This document shows positions 12,091 through 24,800 of a stretch of DNA of 64,000 nucleotides, in pieces. The stretch is taken from assembly GCF_021869535.1 (NCBI RefSeq), contig NW_026262581.1, positions 114,762,001 through 114,826,000 of the forward strand, read 5' to 3'. The translations under genes and the position numbers were made by a program. This DNA is from Mytilus californianus (lineage: Eukaryota). The notes under the pieces are model-generated. The model was given only the letters and a program-made list of their open reading frames with translations, ran no database searches and had not been told where the DNA came from. Numbering within the stretch: the stretch's first letter is position 1; every line of letters starts with the position of its first letter.

Positions 12091-12180
12091 CCGCTTGTAA
12101 AAGTTTCGAAGAGATGACGTCAACCATTAGTTCAATAACTTCCCTGTAAGCAGCAACCCTCTATTAAAGAAATCATGATA
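12091..12180 (-). mobile_element. Penelope-like retroelement RT C-terminal scrap
   Basis: Minus frame YHDFFNRGLLLTGKLLN*WLTSSLRNFYKR, similar to the recalled bivalve PLE motif DFLDRGLLLTRKLLNQGF..KSSLRKFYGR. A related scrap lies at 42442-42506. Confidence 0.5.
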
Positions 12181-12408
12181 GAAAAGACCTCCAATATCGT
12201 ATAACAACTGGAGGATATATACTCCATGTACAAGTGCCACTTGGATGTTTTATAGGAATAAAGCGGCAATTGACAAATATAAAACAATTCAAACGAGAAA
12301 ACTAACGACATGATTTATGTATAAAATAATGAACGAAAAACAAATATGATATACAGCAACAAACAACAACCACTAAATTACAGGCTCATTTTTGAAGTTA
12401 AGTTGATC

Positions 12409-12941
12409 AGGAATGCTCATACCCTAATATTTAATAGCCAGGGATGCTCATACCCTAATAGTTAATAGCCAGGGATGCTCATACCCTAATAGTTAATAGC
12501 CAGGGATGCTCAGACCCTAATAGTTAATAGCCAGGGATGCTCAGACCCTAATAGTTAATAGCCAGGGATGCTCAGACCCTAATAGTTAATAGCCAGGGAT
12601 GCTATACCCTAATAGTTAATAGCCAGGAATGCTCAAACCCTAATAGTTAATAGCCAGGGATGCTCAAACCCTAATAGTTGATAGCCAGGGATGCTCATAC
12701 CCTAATAGTTAATAGCCAGGGCTGCTATACCCTAATAGTTAATAGCCAGGGATGCTCAAACCCTTATAGTTAATAGCCAGGGATGCTCAAACCCTAATAG
12801 TTGATAGCCAGGGATGCTCAAACCCTAATAGTTGATAGCCAGGGATGCTCAAACCCTAATAGTTAATAGCCAGGGATGCTATACCCTAATAGTTAATAGC
12901 CAGGGATGCTCAGACCCTAATAGTTAATAGCCAGGGATGCT
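12409..12941. repeat. 31-bp minisatellite, about 17 copies
   Basis: Unit gccagggatgctca(t/g/a)accctaatagttaata; some 30-bp variants. Confidence 0.95.
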
Positions 12942-12959
12942 TATGTACTTGAATACATG

Positions 12960-14316
12960 AGGATCTATATGACTAAAGGGGCCTAAAATGATTAGCCAAA
13001 TCCATCTAAGCTGATGATGTCAGCCGTGTTGACTAATTTGTAGATCTTATTTGCAGATCATTTTTGCTAATTACAGTTTCTCTCTACCTACTATAGTTTC
13101 TGCACAAATCACAAGAATGGGTAAATATCGTCATTGGCGGTCGAGAACTTCTATAAGAGGTGATATTTGAGTTCAGTCATGTAAACTTAATTTGTAGATC
13201 TAATTTGCTTGTCATTTGTCAGTTTCTTATATCTACTAATCATGATTTCCGCACAAATCACAATAATGATTAAAAATCGTCATTGAAGGTCAAGAACTTG
13301 TGAAAGAGGTGACCTGATGATTTCAGTCATGTTGACTTATCAAAAAGTCTTACTTCGCTGGGTTTTTTTTTTGACTAACTACGTTTCTCTCATATACTAT
13401 AATTTCCGCCAAAAAACGCGAAAATGTGCAATAATCGTCATTCAAGCTTATTACTCTTACAAGAAGTCAACTGGAAATTTCGGCAATGTCAACTTATTTT
13501 GCTTATCATTTATGTTTTTCTCTCTATCTACTATAGTTTCAAACAAAAGGCAAAAACTGGTTAAAATCTTTATCAAGGACGATAAGTCATATCAGGAGTC
13601 GACTGCCAAGTTCGACATTGTTGACTTATCTGTACAATTTGTCTTGCAGATTATTTTGTTGTTTAAGTTTCTATCTATCTTCTATGTTTTCAAATTAATA
13701 GAAAAAATGCAGATTGGTAAAATCAATAGAAGCCAAAAAAGAAGGCCAAAAAATAAGTAAATGCAATATAAGTTTTGTTATCAGATATTTTTGTTTTAAG
13801 GGCAATAACTCCAATAAGTATTGAATTGTAGATTCAGGTCATTTTAACTTGTTTGTAGGTCTTTGCTTGCTGATCAATTTAAATCTTCTCTCCATCTATT
13901 GAAGTTTTCAAGATATTATTCAAAATCGCCAATAATTGTTTAAAATCATTAACTGAATGACAAAAAGTTCTTAAAAAGAGTCTTCAGACAATTTTGATTA
14001 AAATTTATAATGGTACGTCTTGACATCCGGAACGTTTCTGCAATCCCAGGAGTTCTCTTACTATAATAGTTTCAAGATAAAAGACAACATTTGTATTTTA
14101 CTTCCTTGTTCAGCCTTGGTGGCCATATTGGTTAGCAGACGGGATCAACAGGCACATATAAAGTAGATACACAAAAGTTGGTTCTAACTGACAAGGTAGT
14201 TTCACAGCAGAATTTCGGGGTTAAATTCAACGGACGACAAACAACGGAAGACGACAGACGACGAAAGCCAAGTGACGAAAGTAGATCATACTGGCACAAA
14301 GGCCCACATGACCTAA
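12960..14316 (+). mobile_element. Degenerate Helentron-associated (HINE-like) element
   Basis: Decayed internal repeats (ttgtagatct..tctctctacctactatagtttc recurs), then GACG-rich tract near 14230-14260 and a decayed terminus ccaagtgacg..ggcccacatgacctaa resembling the ends of the 44453-51043 elements. Confidence 0.4.
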
Positions 14317-14627
14317 TTGGGAATTAGATATCAAAGGAGGGAATAAAAACCATAAGTCGAAATAAGATAGACAGCACGATCGACTTTTGAAAAAACGACG
14401 AAAAGACTAACAACAGTCCACAAAATACTACACAACTAAAGATTGAGTGACAGGAACCCAACAAACTTCCGATTAACTTAGAATAAGATGTTTTGACCTC
14501 AACTATACAAAAAAAGGTTTCGTTAAATCTACAGATTGTCAATGATATTAATGTACTGAAGAAAGATAAAAAAAAATTGAAATAAGATAAAATTAAAATT
14601 TCAAAATAAAGGAGAAAACTTGCTTAC

Positions 14628-14813
14628 ATGGACTACCATCTGGCAAACAGGCATCTGGGTCCTCTATCAACACGCATGCGAAATCAGGATATTTTTGGTG
14701 CCTTTGACCAGCAGGACATCCAGGCATTTTAAGATACATCCCATGAACACATTTCATGAAATTACAGTCTCTATCTACTTTGTCTCCAACGCACAGTTGT
14801 GGTAATGGCACAC
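14628..14813 (-). CDS. Cys-rich exon, chitin-binding type 2 (CBM14)-like module 1
   Basis: ttttatataccAG|..|GTAAGC, 186 bp, phase 1-1: VPLPQLCVGDKVDRDCNFMKCVHGMYLKMPGCPAGQRHQKYPDFACVLIEDPDACLPDGSP. Cys spacing x8-x4-x10-x13-x8. Confidence 0.82.
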
Positions 14814-17314
14814 CTGGTATATAAAAACTTGATAAAAGTTGCTTCTTATTTTAACTTTTTAAATGTGCATTTTACTGATTATTTCTTCCAAAGACATTAT
14901 GGTACCTCAATAACTATGAATAGTTTTCTTAGGTTATAATCATTTTAGTCCATGTATTTGTACGCTATAAACATACTTTGTGCGCTTGAATTTCATAGTT
15001 TTTTTGCGGTCATTATTAATATTTATCTGCTCAACTTTTGGTTTAAATTTCGATCGGTTGTTTGGACTGCTCCTTGGTATCACCATTGTTCACCTGTGAA
15101 TTTGACTTTGAATGACTTCCCGACTCTAACGGATTTAAATTTTGAAAAAAAGTAGAATTCTTAAAATTTGTGATAACCAAACATTTTCTAAGGAAAATCC
15201 GTGTAAAAGTTAGGAATGTGGTCTCTCGTTGTCCTGTATATCTCAGAACGATTAGTTTAAAAAGAATTTATTTTCTCAATCTTAGCAAAATGGATGAGTA
15301 AAGTAAATCATACTTATAATACAATATACGTATATATGCCTAATTTAATTGTATGATGTGTTTAAAATGGATTATTAAATAACTAATGTTTGTCCATTCA
15401 AAATGCATAAGATATGAAAAAACAGGACATCACAATAGTAAATTTGAAATGAAAACATATTGTTAATATTGACTTTTGAATAAACTTGAAAATAGACAAC
15501 AATCTTAAACGAAGAACTTTACAAGATTGAACTAATCTGGTTGTCATGGTTTAACAACAAAATATTAATTATTTCTATGTGCGATTAAAAATTGTGTTAA
15601 AACGGATTAAAACGACACAGTAAAACAATGGTTAAAATATACATGCTGAAATATTTACCTTTTCCAAAAAATAAACATATTAAAAACGTAAGAGCTATCA
15701 TTGAAATATCCATATCAATAAATAATGTTTAACATAAAAATGCATGATCGTTTTCGTTTTGTAAACTTTCTCAGATAGACATTAAATTAGTTTTAACTGG
15801 GGGCGAAGGCTGTATGATACTAATCATTATAGGTATGCTGAAATATATAGTTATTGATTCATAAATCCGTGTTGATGTTATCATTGATGTCCAGGAGTGT
15901 ATTTGGTCTATTGTGATTCAGCAGTATGTGCACTCTTAAACTTTATAGTCCCGAAAATCTTTTAAAAATGCAAACTTAAGCAGACATCTTTAATTAATAT
16001 GAAATATCTAGGAGGGGTATTACTATTGTGTTATTTGTAACTTTTTTAAATGATAATTTCTTGATATAGTTTCAAAATTTAATATTTAAGATAGCAATTT
16101 ATCCATTTGTCAGGTGGACCTTAGTAATTCATAATCAACACTTAACGTTTAAAACAATAATAAAATCCAGAGTTATCGAGAAAAAAATGTCATCAGATGG
16201 TCGGCGCCTACGAAAATAACAACAATTAAGACAAGACAAGAAAAGACAAAGTTTTACCCTTCCTAAGTCGTGATGTGATTTAGTCTACTAGCACCATGAT
16301 GACAGTTTTTTTTTACCAAGAAGTCATTCTCACTATAATGCTATAAAAATAAATTCATGCTTATAACACGTGGATTTGTTTTTACTTTTCCAAATTGCTG
16401 AGTTTGAAGCATCAGGAGATGACATTTACTAGTAACTGCAAAACCAATCAAACGTGAAGAATGAATTCAAAAGTTGTTTTTGGAAGAAAATTGCTCCATG
16501 ACAAAAGTTACGCATTATTTGTGCTTTTATACAAACGTGAATGATTAACGTTAAAAACATCTTTACTCTAAATATAATATTCACCAATTAACTTTATTTT
16601 CTACCAATGAAAAAGCCACACGTTAATGAGAATGGACAGCAAAAAAGAAGGCTTTTAAGCAGGTCTTTAAAAGGTTTAATGGTTTCTAGATTTGTCCAAT
16701 ATCCTTTCTATCATAAAGGTTATGACAGCGATGTTCCGTGACTGAACTGAAAAGACTGCTAATAGCAATTTGATTTTTCATTGTACATTTCCTTGTATTA
16801 AATGTTTATAGAAAAGAACATCGTCTGAGTGAAAGGTTGGAAAACATTTAGATGTCAATTTCACATCAAGAGACAGTTTAATATGCATTCCTATCGATTT
16901 ATCTTCGGAGATCTGAACTTAATTGTTGGAAATCATTGCTCACGTTTAATCAAATTGATAGTGTTTGTTTCGAGTTGTTCCATACTATAATTTCTATGGA
17001 AATTGGGATACTTTTGTATTCGGTTTTCTGACTGAAACTTACAATTATGTTTGGTAAAATGATGAAGTTATCTAAATAAATGTTGGCTCCGTTCGATTTT
17101 TCTTATGCATTTATTAACTTGATGGAAAGTTTGCATGGAATAGTTCTGAATCGTATCCAACAAGCTTTATTTGAAAATATTAATTGTTGGTCTTCAAAAT
17201 TTGATTCTTTGTTAGAGTTATATATATTTTAATACTACATTTTAATCAAGTTAAAATTGAACTTTTAAGTTATATCGTATAAAACATCTTGACTTCAAGT
17301 ACTTGAAAAATCTT

Positions 17315-18340
17315 TCCTGATCAAACGAGTAAACTCTTTTCCTGAACAAATGAGTATTTTTTTCCGGAATAGTTAAGTAAATGCTTTCCTAATCTTTTCT
17401 TAAAAAATAAGTAAAAAATTTCTTGAACAATTGAGTATTTTTTTTCTTAACATATGAGTGAATTCTTTATATAACAGGGGTGGTGTTCTCGAAAGTATCC
17501 CAAGATTCGTCCTAAGACACATCCGAAGACCAATTTTAGAATGGACTTAGGATCATCTTAGGACACTCTTAAGTTGTGTCTCGAAGCTATCTCAGACGCA
17601 TCTTATGTTAGGACGTCCTAAACATATCCTAAGTGCGAAATTTTAAATCGTTAAAGTAATTTTTTGATAAAACATTTATTAATGACGAAACCAATTAATA
17701 AAATTGTTTACGACTTTTATAATTACATGTTTATAATTAAATGCATGATTTCAAATGTAATTATAGATTAATATCAAAAAGGATTGTAATTTAAACTGGA
17801 AAACAATTAGTTTTGAAATGAGAATTGAATTTGTAGTGTCATCGTATCGTGAAACACGAAGTTCAAAGTTTTAAATCATGCACATAACCGATGGTGCGTT
17901 TCATTTCATGTTCATCTTCACATATTTGCTTACAAATTATTGTCTGAGACGTGTCCTAAAGTTAGGATGAAGATAGGATGATCTTAAGACACCTAATTAG
18001 GTGTCCTAAAGTTAGGACAAAAAATGCCATATATCCTAAGTTAAGAGAGCTTCGAGAACACGACTTAGGACAAAGACGTGTCATGAGATGGTCTTAGGAC
18101 AGTCCTAATCCTAAGATAGCTTCGAGAACACCACCCCAGATGAGTAAATTATTCCCTTAACAAATAGGTAAATTTTTTCAAGAACAATGATTTTTCCCCT
18201 TTGCAAATGAGTAAATTCTTTCCTGAACAAATGGTTAAATCATTTCCTTGACAAATGAATAAACTCTTTATTAAAAAATGATTATAAATTATTACACATG
18301 AGTAAAATTCTTTCCTGAACAAATGAGTAAATTCTTTCAG
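17315..18340. repeat. Degenerate ~25-bp minisatellite interrupted by a MITE
   Basis: Unit about ttttcctgaacaaatgagtaaattc, on both sides of 17478-18136. Confidence 0.8.
17478..18136. mobile_element. PIF/Harbinger-type MITE with CAG (CWG) TSD
   Basis: Perfect 16-bp TIR GGGTGGTGTTCTCGAA / TTCGAGAACACCACCC. CAG at 17475-17477 and 18137-18139. Removing the element and one TSD restores an array unit (aacagatgagtaaatt). Confidence 0.8.
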
Positions 18341-19699
18341 TAGGTATATCAGAATTTAACAGCAAGATAAATGCAATAATGATATTCAGAGACTTATATA
18401 AAAATAACGATCTGTGGTATGCCATTGAGACAACAATCCACCAGAGTTCAAATGACGTTGATGTAAGCAATTGTAGGTCACTTTGCGGCCTTCAACAATT
18501 AAAAAAATACCGTATGGTAAGCTTTAAAAGGCACCGACTTGAAAAATGTGAAAGAATTCAAACGAAAAAACCAACGGCATTATTTATAACAACACAATTC
18601 ACGAAAAACAAATATGACAGACATGAATCAATGACTTTGGACAAGCACATAAAGAATGTGGAGGGGGATGGAGGTTTAACATTTTTATGAGAGCTCAACC
18701 CTCCCTCTTCTTTGTTAACATGTTATTTTGTTTCGTGTACTACTTCCATCAATGACAGCAAATGCAATACCAACACTTACTAGAAAAGTCTTTTTTACCT
18801 TATCTAAATATATTTTTAATGATAGATATTTTGTAGCTCATGAACTTGTGAATTTTGACCAGACTATCACTTCCATCCTGGAAATGTCCGTAGGATTAAA
18901 CTGATTATCAACTGTACCCTGTATAATATCACGATTAATACTAGAGAATACCTGATTCACTTCGTTCTGATAGTATAACAAAACAGACCATTAGTTTATG
19001 TGACATGTGTTGTTTTGTCTAGTTGGGCGGCTATTTTCTGATATTGCAGGTCATTTCTTTACACGTTTCATATACATTTTATTATCGTGTTTTTTTAAAT
19101 ACAATTCAATATAAATTAATATAATTCAACTAAATGAACTTTAACATTTTATTACACAAAAGTATCAACTTGGACCGTAATTTTTCTCCCAAAACTGCAC
19201 GGTTCAATATTTATTAATTTCACATTTTATTATCTCAAAAAATGTAGTAATTTGGAATCTGAAAACTTGTGATACAATCAATTTTATATTTAACAAGAAG
19301 TATAATCACATTTTTGCAATTTCATAACAAATTAGCCTAGTTATTTTGTTGATAGCGATGTCAGCAGAAGTCGCAGCTTTAACGAAACGTTGAATATGTT
19401 TTTGTAGTATTGATTTTACACCACTGGAACATCCATCAAGTTTTCTGACGACTTCCATTAGTGGGAGAGCTACTGTTGGTAACACAATATGAAATATGCT
19501 TTATCTCAGCATTGGACTTAATCAGAGATTACATAGACGCCAGTTTGTTTATACAGAAAAACAAAGTTCTGCTTATAAAACCATCCGAAAACTGTAATAT
19601 TAAATCCAGTTTCTGTGGATATTGCGATTGATGGTAAGATTTGTTTTATTATGAATCGTTTCTTTATTTCATTACTTAATTGAAGAAAAAATGTCGATT

Positions 19700-19701
<2 letters not shown>

Positions 19702-19753
<52 letters not shown>
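19702..19753. repeat. (AAT)n microsatellite
   Basis: Direct reading; source of the poly-L and poly-I ORFs. Confidence 0.97.
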
Positions 19754-19756
<3 letters not shown>

Positions 19757-20411
19757 TTATTATCATTATTATTATCATAACAAATTAGGACAATTTCCAA
19801 TGGGTAATACATTTTGCGTATACTTTTATCTAAATTTAGAATTGAGCGCATCCTTACAATCAATTTTCACTTGTAAATTGAAGTAACGCCTTATAAATTC
19901 AAGAGCCCGGAGCACTTTTCTAGGTACAAGATTGTGCTCAAATCCAAAAATATGAAACCCAAGGATGTATAAATACTTAAACACTTTAGGAATTATATGA
20001 CTAGAAGGAACATAAAAAGAATACCCATCTAAATCCATCTAAAATTACGTAAATATCCATAAAAAGATATAGAAAAAAATTATCTTACTTCAGATTTCAT
20101 TATTTTACATTTCAATGAGATTTTAATGCTGAATGATTTAGCTATATTGTGAAGAATCTCGAGTGTAACAGAAATAATTGTAAATCAACTGTAATAATTT
20201 TTTCCTCGATTCACTGGTTATGATTTACCATATTCATTCATTTCATTTCATTCATCAATTCATCATTGAAACAAATGACGAGCACAATTTCATATATTTT
20301 ATTTTTAACAAAACAATCAACCTAAATGGTTTTAAAATAGATATATTCTATCTTTATTGACTCTGTTTTCTTCTCAAATTATTTTTTCTAAACTTAGGTG
20401 CAGGTATTCTT

Positions 20412-21415
20412 TGGTTACGTTGGGGTGTTGACTGTTGACTACTTATTTTAACATTGGGTCGCTGTTTCTTTGTTTACGTCGGGGTGTTGACTGTTGACTA
20501 CTTATTTTGATATTGGGTGGCTGTTTCATTGGTTACGTCGCGGTGTTGACTGTTGACTACTTATTTTAATATTGGGTGGCTGTTTCATTGGTTACGTCGG
20601 GGTGTTGACTGTTAACTACTTATTTTAATAATGGATCGCTGTTTTATTGGTTACGTCAGGGTGTTGACTGTTGACTACTTATTTTAATATTGGGTCGCTG
20701 TTTTATTGGTTACGTCAGGGTGTTGACTGTTGACTACTTATTTTGATATTAGGTCGCTGTTTCATTGGTTACGTCGAGTTGTTGACTGTTGACTACTTAT
20801 TTTAATATTGGGTCGCTGTTTCTTTGTTTACGTCGGGACGTTGACTGTTGACTACTTATTTTGATATTGGGTGGCTGTTTCTTTGGTTACGTCGGGGTGT
20901 TGATTGTTGACTACTTATTTTAACATTTGGGTGGCTGTTTCATTGGTTACGTTGGGTGTTGACTGTTGACTACTTATTTTAATATTGGGTGGCTGTTTCA
21001 TTGGTTACGTCGGGATGTTGACTGTTGACTACTTATTTTCATTTTGGGTCGCTGTTTCATTGGTTACGTCGGAGTGTTGACTGTTGACTACTTATTTTGA
21101 TATTAGGTCTCTGTTTCATTGGTTACGTCGGGGTGTTGACTGTTGACTACTTGATTTGATATTGGGTCGCTGTTTCATTGGTTATGTCGGGGTGTTTACT
21201 GTTGACTGCTTATTTTAATAATGGGTGGCTGTTTCCTTGGTTACGTCGGGGTGTTGACTGTTGACTACTTATTTTAATATTGGGTGGCTGTTTCATTGGT
21301 TACGTCGGGGTGTTGACTGTTGACTACTTATTTTAATATTGGGTGGCTGTTTCATTGGTTACGTCAGGGTGTTGACTGTTGACTACTTATTTTAATATTG
21401 GGTCGCTGTTTCTTT
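20412..21415. repeat. 59-bp minisatellite, about 17 copies
   Basis: Unit gttacgtcggggtgttgactgttgactacttattttaatattgggtggctgtttcattg. Confidence 0.95.
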
Positions 21416-21774
21416 GACCGACCATTACCAAACATTTAATGGTATCAATAGAATGAAATGTCACTTGTTTCTACAACTACTTTTGTGGGTAACATTTTTA
21501 GAAATAACCTAAAAAGTGGACAAAACTGTTTGTTTAGGATTAATTATATGTGTTTGACTCAAAAGGTTTATGATGTCCTGACTAATTAATATATTTTGTT
21601 AATTTTTTGGGGTCGTTTCTTGCATTATACATCGTTTCCCTAGTATTTCCTGGCTGCTAAATTCATTCAAACACGTAGTTATCTATTAAAAAAGAAGTAC
21701 TTCATAACTGTATAACATCCAATGCAAAAAACCAAGCCTTGAAATAATTCAATTGAGATTTTATTGCGATATAT

Positions 21775-21777
<3 letters not shown>

Positions 21778-21848
<71 letters not shown>
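21778..21848. repeat. (CT)n microsatellite
   Basis: Direct reading; source of the poly-ER ORFs. Confidence 0.97.
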
Positions 21849-21850
<2 letters not shown>

Positions 21851-24800
21851 GCGAAAATATTGATTGATTGTTGTTTGCATAACTTCCAGTGGCATGCATA
21901 TTTCATACTTATTCAGGACAAAGGACAATAGGTAACAATAATACAATATGCAAGATCGACAGAGAAATTTAAAGTTACTAAAAAGAGGGTAAAATAGAAA
22001 GGGACAGAAAATTTGTATCGCAGCATGTCATCTACATAGCATTCTCAACGAGCTGTTGCAAACGTCCAAGAGAGTGGTATTCTCCCTACACAAGGCATCG
22101 CATATAACGCCACCATTCCGAGCCGATGTGGCTGTGTATTTATACATCCAGCTTTTAGGTATGTATGGGTTTTAGTGCCGGATAAACGTCTATGTGACCT
22201 TATTTCGATTATCTCAGTAGACATATCAGTTAAAGATACTTATTTCTGAAATACGAATGAAAATTGACCTCTCGGAAGAAGTTGACGTACAACACATATG
22301 TTAAATATATTGTTTTGATATCAAACAGCTATCTAGATTTAATACAAAGAATTAATATATGTGACTAATAAACACAAAAAAGGTCATTCTTCTTAATAAA
22401 AAAAAATACGTATAGGCAAACGGAATTACGTGTTATTATTCTGAATTGGCTGTCAGGCATTTTTTTTTGTATGCTCATTCAATCATCTCCATAAAAATAG
22501 TTTTAAGCGACAGTTCGTCAAATACCTGCTACGCGATCTAACGCAAATCAGATTAAGGTCATGAATCCGAGCAGGTCTATTATCTCCGGTCATTTTCCCC
22601 TAGGGGTAGGTGATGATTCTACTCCAGTCAACCATTGGGTATCCTGCGAAGCGAATGATTAAAAATAAAACATATTTAACTGGCGGAAATATAAGTTCAA
22701 ACAAACAATAATACATGAAATAGGAAGTACCTAATATAATGGATCGCACCAACCACCAACAACAGACGTCTCATGGAAAAATGGATATACAAATAAAGAT
22801 CAAAAACAAATTAACAAACGAACAACACATGGGTCATATATGTTGACTTGGAACTGGCTCAGTATACAACTGTCGTGAAGTTCGAATGTGTCAAAAAGTT
22901 AAATATATTTTGTGTTATAATGAAATCAGGGCAACCTTATATTGTTTTCTTGATATTTATGATAAAATTCATTCGAAAAGTATTAAACACGTCTTTTGAC
23001 GTCCAAATACGTTAATACGTCCAAATACGTTAATACAAAACAGTCTCGCTTGTTCAACTGTCTCGCTTGTTCTGGTACAATACAAAACAGTCTCGTTAGT
23101 TCAACAGTCTCCCTTGTTCTGGTACAGGTTGAACTTCTATGTTCTTAAATCATAATCCAAAAATCAATTTGAGTTCTACTAAACCAATGCTTTTTATTCT
23201 CTTTTCGATATTCTTTAAGGAATTTCTTTAACCATTGAAAAAGTTATTGTTACAGAAAGTTAATCAATATTTGCATCTTTTAAAACAATATCAGAGAATG
23301 CTCCCAACGTAATCCTTAATACTATCCGCATAACTGCTGTTGCTTGCATCTTGATTGATTCTTTATCAGCCTGATTAAAACCAGATCTTTCACTTTATAT
23401 TGACATGTCTTTTTTGTTGTTGAAGATGTTCTTAGAATGTAAATATTTAGACAGGAAAAAAAGGTCATGACATGAACTTTCGAAAATAATGACGGAAAGC
23501 AAAAGATGAAGGAAAACTAATTGCTAAAACACGCACATTGTACTCAAGTGCGTAGCATATTCCAAATGGTCTTTTTACCGTGTTTAAAACGACTATGTAA
23601 CATTAGGAGATATGATTGCCAATGAGACAAGTATTAAAAACAGAGTCCAAATGAAGCGAATTTAAGATTACTTTACGATAACAGCTATATAATGATATTG
23701 ATGGCACTATTAATTTGTTAAAATTTAACACTACTTCTATACAGTTTTTTTTTGCAATTTAATGTCGGCGTTCGTCTAATGTCATATAACATTTGTTATT
23801 AAGAGAAATTGGTTTTGAAGGAAGATATTTGACAGTTGATATTTATTTACAATGACTTTTAAACACTGATTACGATTTAGAGCTTGATATATTGTATAGA
23901 CACAGCCATGTCTACTGTTGAAGACTGTATGCTGCCTTCTAGATGTCTTTTGAATATTTTTGTCATAGGGTTGCTGTTTCTTTGATGTATACCCCGCATC
24001 TCTGTTTGTTCACATGTTCTTGCCTCTACAACGATTATGTACGGGAATTTCGTTTATTCTGATCTTCATCCGAGATTCGGTGTACTCTATAGATAAGCGA
24101 ATATATTACCTTCTGCAGGTACATGTGAATATTACTACTAAGAAACTGAGAGAACAAAATTTGAAATGTGATATGAACAGATTTTTTCGAAATAGTTCAA
24201 CCTTTGAAATCCCCCAATACCAATTCACAAATATAAGTATTATAGGTTAAAGTCGACTTGGGTTCGTCTTAGAGGTCCTTAAAAAATTACACGCTGAATG
24301 CAGTCATGACAGTTCCATAAATGGTTATATAGATTCGTGATAATGCTCTGTGGACATGATTTCATATTATCATCAACTATTACTAATATAAGATTGATTA
24401 TAGAAAAATGAAGACTATTTTTTGTCATTTCAAATAGAATGACACGTAAAAACATGAATTGTATTCCTAAAATATCTGTTGGCATTTATTCTTGTGCTTA
24501 TAAATTATGTGAACCTATTTGGCTAATTTGTTTATAAGCTTCGTAATTGCTAATTTAAATGCTTTGCCAGTTAGATTCTATTTCCTTTAAACTGTATCTT
24601 TTCTATAATTTTGCCTTATAATTATTCTCCAGAATATCTTGTATCCTGTTTTGGGGAATACTTTCCATTGCAACAAAAACTTCTTTTAAATTGAAGGAAA
24701 AATCTTTCGTGCGATTCTCAGAAAGATAAAAGATACATTTATCTTCTTTGTATGGAAATCCTTTCGTTACTACTTAAAATCAAGTTCTACGGGAATATTA

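Noticed and set aside
13317-13760. 147-aa ORF
   Set aside because: Lies in a degenerate repeat element; low-complexity AT-driven composition and no motifs.
16590-17250. Possible highly degenerate LINE 3' end on the minus strand
   Set aside because: Only vague motif resemblance, with many stops; not supportable by eye.
19518-21946. Poly-Leu, poly-Ile and poly-ER ORFs; likewise poly-R/D/T ORFs at 56632-56994
   Set aside because: Translations of (AAT)n, (CT)n and (GTC)n microsatellites.
18740-22030. Signal-peptide candidates for the chitin/EGF gene (MKSE| near 20090 plus VKKTFLVSVGIAFAVIDG near 18790; MLRYKFSVPFYFTLFL near 22025)
   Set aside because: Weak splice sites or incompatible phases; cannot be chosen without transcript data.
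24279-24760. Possible L1/Tx1 C-terminal relic (HLWNC)
   Set aside because: A single short motif in AT-rich sequence; could be chance.
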